A DNA stretch of 64,000 nucleotides from Eledone cirrhosa (Eukaryota), in assembly GCA_964016885.1 (NCBI GenBank), contig OZ024743.1, forward strand, positions 277,202,001-277,266,000, given 5' to 3'. Shown in pieces: positions 59,554-64,000 of this stretch. Each line of letters starts with the position of its first letter. Within the stretch, counting starts at the first letter, position 1. The position numbers were made by a program, and so were the translations under genes. The notes beneath the pieces were generated by a model. It did not search any database, was not told where the DNA came from, and saw only the letters and a list, made by a program, of their open reading frames with translations.

Positions 59554-62500
59554 TGTGGTTGTTGTGTTTGGCATTGTGGTTGTTGTGGTTGGCGTTGTGG
59601 TTGTTGTGGTTGGCGTTGTGGTGGTTGTGGTTGGCGTTGTGGTGGTTGTGGTTGGCGTTGTGTTGGTTGTGGTTGGCGTTGTGGTGGTTGTGGTTGGCCT
59701 TGCGGTGGTTGTGGTTGAAGTTGTGGTGGTTGTGGTTGGCGTTGTGGTTGTTGTGGTTGGCGTTGTGGTGGTTGTGGTTGGCGTTGTGGTTGGCGTTGTG
59801 GTGGTTGTGGTTGGAGTTGTGGTGGTTGTGGTTGGAGTTGTGGTGGTTGTGGTTGGCGTTGTGGTAGTTGTGGTTGGCGTTGTGGTGGTTGTGGTTGGCG
59901 TTGTGGTTGTTGTGGTTGGCGTTATGGTTGTTGTGGTTGGCGTTGTGGTGGTTGTGGTTGGCGTTGTGGTGGTTGTGGTTGGCGTTGTGGTTGTTGTGGT
60001 TGGCGTTGTGGTTGTTGTGGTTGGCGTTGTGGTGGTTGTGGTTGGAGTTGTGGTGGTTGGCGTTGTGGTTGTTGTGGTTGATGTTGTGGTGGTTATGGAT
60101 GGCGTTGTGGTTGTTGTGGTTAGCGTTGTGGTGGTTGTGGTTGGCGTTGTGGTGGTTGTGGTTGGCGTTGTGGTTGTTGTGGTTGGCGTTGTAGTGGTTG
60201 TGGTTGAAGTTGTGGTGGTTGTGTTTGGCGTTGTGGTGGTTGTGGTTGGCGTTGTGGTGGTTGTGGTTGGCGTTGTGGTGGTTGTGGCTGGCGTTGTGTT
60301 GGTTGTGGTTGGCGTTGTGGTGGTTGTGGTTGGCCTTGTGGTGGTTGTGGTTGAAGTTGTGGTGGTTGTGGTTGGCGTTGTGGTTGTTGTGGTTGGCGTT
60401 GTGGTGGTTGTCGTTGGCGTTGTGGTGGTTGTGGTTGGCGTTGTGGTGGTTGTGGTTGGCGTTGTGGTGGTTGTGCTTGCCGTTGTGGTTGGCGTTGTGG
60501 TGGTTGTGGTTGGTGTTGTGGTGGTTGTGGTTGGCGTTGTGGTGGATGTGGTTGGAGTTGTGGGGGTTGTGGTTGGCGTTGTGGGGGTTGTGGTTGGCGT
60601 TGTGGTGGTTGTGGTTGCAGTTGTTGTGGTTGTGGTTGGCGTTGTGGTTGTTGTGGTTGGCGTTATGGTTGTTGTGGTTGGCGTTCTGGTGGTTGTGGTT
60701 GGCGTTGTGGTGGTTGTGGTTGGCGTTGTGGTTGTTGTGGTTGGCGTTGTGGTTGTTGTGGTTGGCGTTGTGGTGGTTGTGGTTGGAGTTGTGGTGGTTG
60801 GCGTTGTGGTTGTTGTGGTTGATTTTGTGGTGGTTATGGATGGCGTTGTGGTTGTTGTGGTTGGCGTTGTGGTGGTTGTGTTTGGCGTTGTGGTGGTTAT
60901 GGTTGGCGTTGTAGTTGTTGTGGTTGGCGTTGTGGTGGTTGTGGTTGGAGTTGTGGTGGTTGTGGTTGGCGTTGTGGTTGTTGTGGTTGGCGTTGTGGTG
61001 GTTGTGGTTGGAGTTGTGGTTGTTTTGATTGGCGTTATGGTGGTTGTGATTGGCGTTGTGGTTGTTGTGGTTGGCGTTGTGGTTATTATGGATGGCGTTG
61101 TGGTTGTTGTGGTTGGCGTTGTGGTGGTTGTGGTTGGCGTTGTGGTGGTTGTGGTTGGCGTTGTGGTTGTTGTTGTTGCCGTTGTGGTTGGTGTTATGGT
61201 GGTTGTGGTTGGAGTTGTGGTGATTGTGGTTGGCGTTGTGGTGGTTGTGGTTGGCGTTGTGGTCGTTGTGGTTGTCGTTGTGGTTGGCGTTGTGGTGGTT
61301 GTGGTTGGAGTTGTGGTGGTTGTAGTTGGCGTTGTGGTGGTTGTGGTTGGCGTTGTGGTTGTTGTGGTTGGCGTTGTGGTGGTTGTGGTTGTCGTTGTGG
61401 TTGGCGTTGTGGTGGTTGTGGTTGGAGTTGTGGTGGTTGTGGTTGGCGTTGTGGTGTTTGTGGTTGGCGTTGTGGTGGTTGTGGTTGCCGTTGTGGTTGG
61501 CGTTGTGGTGGTTGTGGTTGGAGTTGTGGTGGTTGTGGTTGGCGTTGAGGCGGTTGTGGTTGGAGTTGTGGTGCTTGTGGTTGGCGTTGTGGTGGTTGTG
61601 GTTGGCGTTGTGGTGGTTGTGGTTGGCGTTGTGGTGGTTGTGGTTGGCGTTGTGGTGGTTGTGGTTGGCGTTATGGTTGTTGTGGTTGGCGTTGTGGTGG
61701 CTGTGGTTGGCGTTGTGGTTGTTGTGTTTGGCGTTGTGGTTGTTGTGGTTGGCCTTGTGGTTGTTGTGGTTGGCGTTGTGGTGGTTGTGGTTGACGTTGA
61801 GGTGGTTGTGGTTGGCGTTGTGGTTGTTGTGGTTGGCGTTGTGGTGGTTGTGGTTGGCCTTATGGTTGTTGTGGTTGGCGTTGTGGTGGTTGTCGTTGGC
61901 GTTGTGGTGGTTGTGGTTGGCGTTGTCGTGGTTGTGGTTGGAGTTGTGGTGGTTGTGGTTGGCGTTGTGGTGGTTGTGGTTGGCCTTGTGGTGTTTGTGG
62001 TTGGCGTTGTGGTTGTTGTGGTTGGCGTTGTGGTGGTGGTGGTTGATCTTATGGTTGTCGTGGTTGGCGTTGTGGTGGTTGTGGTTGGCGTTGTGGTGGT
62101 TGTGGTTGGCGTTGTGCTGGTTGTGGTTGGCGTTGTTCTGGTTGTGGGTGGCGTAGTGGTGGTTGTGGTTGGCGTTGTGGTGGTTGTGGTTGGCGTTGTG
62201 GTGGTTGTGGTTGGAGTTGTGGTGGTTGTGGTTGGCGTTGTGATGGTTGTGGTTGGCGTTGTGGTGGTTGTGGTTGCCGTTGTGGTTGGCGTTGTGGTGG
62301 TTGTGGTTGGAGTTGTAGTGGTTGTTGTTGGCGTTGTGGTGCTTGTGGTTGGCGTTGTGGTGGTTGTGGTTGGCGTTGTGGTGGTTGTGGTTGGCGTTGT
62401 GGTTGTTGTGGTTAGAGTTGTGGTAGTTGTGGTTGGCGTTGTGGTGGCTGTGGTTGGAGTTGTGGCGGTTGTGGTTGCCGTTGTGGTTGGCGTTGTGGTG

Positions 62501-64000
62501 GTTGTGGTGGGAGTTGTGGTAGTTGTGGTTGGCGTTGTGGTGGTTGTGGTTGGAGTTGTGGTGGTTGTGGTTGGCGTTGTGGTGGTTGTGGTTGGAGTTG
62601 TGGTGGTTGTGGTTGGCATTGTGGTGGTTGTGGTTGGCGTTGTGGTGGTTGTGGTTGGCGTTGTGGTGGTTGTGGTTGGCGTTGTGGTGGTTGTGGTTGG
62701 AGTTGTGGTGGTTGTGGTTGGCGTTGTGGTGGTTGTGGTTGGAGTTGTGGTGGTTGTGGTTGGCGTTGTGGTGGTTGTGGTTGGCGTTGTGGTTGTTGTT
62801 GTTGCCGTTGTGGTTGGCGTTGTGGTGGTTGTGGTTGGACTTGTGGTGGTTGTGGTTGGCGTTGTGGTGGTTGTGGTTGGCGTTGTGGTCGTTGTGGTTG
62901 CCGTTGTGGTTGGCGTTGTGGTGGTTGTGGTTGGAGTTGTGGTGGTTGTAGTTGGCGTTGTGGTGGTTGTGGTTGGCGTTGGGGTTGTTGTGGTTGGCGT
63001 TGTGGTGGTTGTGGTTGCCGTTGTGGTTGGCGTTGTGGTGGTTGTGGTTGGCGTTGTGGTGGTTGTGGTTGGCGTTGTGGTGGTTGTGGTTGGCGTTGTG
63101 GTGGCTGTGGTTGGCGTTGTGGTTGTTGTGTTTGGCGTTGTGGTTGTTGTGGTTGGCGTTGTGGTTGTTGTGGTTGGCGTTGTGGTGGTTGTGGTTGGCG
63201 TTGTGGTGGTTGTGGCTGGCGTTGTGTTGGTTGTGGTTGGCGTTGTGGTGGTTGTGGTTGGCCTTGTGGTGGTTGTGGTTGAAGTTGTGGTGGTTGTGGT
63301 TGGCGTTGTGGTTGTTGTGGTTGGCGTTGTGGTGGTTGTCGTTGGCGTTGTGGTGGTTGTGGTTGGCGTTGTGGTGGTTGTGGTTGGCGTTGTGGTGGTT
63401 GTGCTTGCCGTTGTGGTTGGCGTTGTGGTGGTTGTGGTTGGTGTTGTGGTGGTTGTGGTTGGCGTTGTGGTGGATGTGGTTGGAGTTGTGGGGGTTGTGG
63501 TTGGCGTTGTGGGGGTTGTGGTTGGCGTTGTGGTGGTTGTGGTTGGAGTTGTTGTGGTTGTGGTTGGCGTTGTGGTTGTTGTGGTTGGCGTTATGGTTGT
63601 TGTGGTTGGCGTTGTGGTGGTTGTGGTTGGCGTTGTGGTGGTTGTGGTTGGCGTTGTGGTTGTTGTGGTTGGCGTTGTGGTTGTTGTGGTTGGCGTTGTG
63701 GTGGTTGTGGTTGGAGTTGTGGTGGTTGGCGTTGTGGTTGTTGTGGTTGATTTTGTGGTGGTTATGGATGGCGTTGTGGTTGTTGTGGTTGGCGTTGTGG
63801 TGGTTGTGTTTGGCGTTGTGGTGGTTGTGGTTGGCGTTGTAGTTGTTGTGGTTGGCGTTGTGGTGGTTGTGGTTGGAGTTGTAGTGGTTGTGGTTGGCGT
63901 TGTGGTTGTTGTGGTTGGCGTTGTGGTGGTTGTGGTTGGAGTTGTGGTTGTTTTGATTGGCGTTATGGTGGTTGTGATTGGCGTTGTGGTTGTTGTGGTT
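59554..64000 (-). CDS. Mucin-like Pro/Thr tandem-repeat domain, upstream block (5' end outside window)
   Basis: Thr frame of ORF 59512..62619 continues to the window edge. No signal peptide or cysteine-rich domain is visible in the window. Confidence 0.65.

Larger units (their letters stand above)
5777..64000 (-). repeat. >58-kb tandem array of 21-bp (CCAACCACAACCACCACAACG) and 12-bp (CCAACCACAACG) units with higher-order duplications
   Basis: Seen directly throughout. The + strand is almost entirely G/T. Length variants are nearly all multiples of 3. Runs off the right edge. Confidence 0.99.

Noticed and set aside
5726-59718. 6,293-aa and 9,816-aa poly-Val/Gly ORFs on + strand
   Set aside because: Antisense shadows of the repeat. 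GTN codons cannot become stops in one step, the starts are TTG/GTG-type, and ~85% Val is implausible. Third codon positions coincide with the minus frame, so synonymous bias cannot support them separately.
24193-62619. ATG starts at 24195, 29095, 58406 and 62619 as true gene starts
   Set aside because: They are ACG>ATG variants inside repeat units; the frame continues upstream and no signal peptide follows
5778-63842. Many Trp/Leu-rich and Cys/Gly/Trp/Arg-rich ORFs on + (e.g. 7054..15948, metallothionein/keratin-associated-like)
   Set aside because: Alternative frames of the same 21-mer, broken repeatedly by stops wherever variants occur; useful only as duplication markers
5777-64000. CRISPR array or telomeric repeat
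   Set aside because: No unique spacers or cas genes, and the context is eukaryotic. The unit is a 21/12-mer with triplet structure, not TTAGGG-like.

Overview
Eukaryotic, microsatellite-rich DNA. A cephalopod (Octopus-like) origin is inferred from a Nin/Deu-domain-type SINE and the dense simple repeats. About 91% of the window (5777-64000, open at the right edge) is one G/T-skewed tandem array of a 21-bp unit and a 12-bp sub-unit. On the minus strand these read CCA ACC ACA ACC ACC ACA ACG (PTTTTTT) and CCA ACC ACA ACG (PTTT), a mucin-type Pro/Thr domain of at least ~19,400 codons with no visible intron. It ends in a short unique peptide (…[10 protein letters not shown]) carrying two candidate splice donors. 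The array has kilobase-scale higher-order duplications, two compositionally distinct sub-arrays and two clusters of 1-nt frameshifts (24.37-30.26 kb; 58.78-59.55 kb). One frameshift recurs identically in four duplicated copies. The first 5.7 kb is intron/intergenic-like, with a mariner-type MITE, a SINE, an RTE/Rex3-like LINE 3' remnant, a ~97-bp palindrome with degenerate hammerhead-like cores, many microsatellites and a possible decayed compact spliced gene on the + strand. The giant poly-Val/Gly, Trp/Leu and Cys/Gly ORFs on + are shadows of the repeat. Coding status of the array is inferred, not proven.
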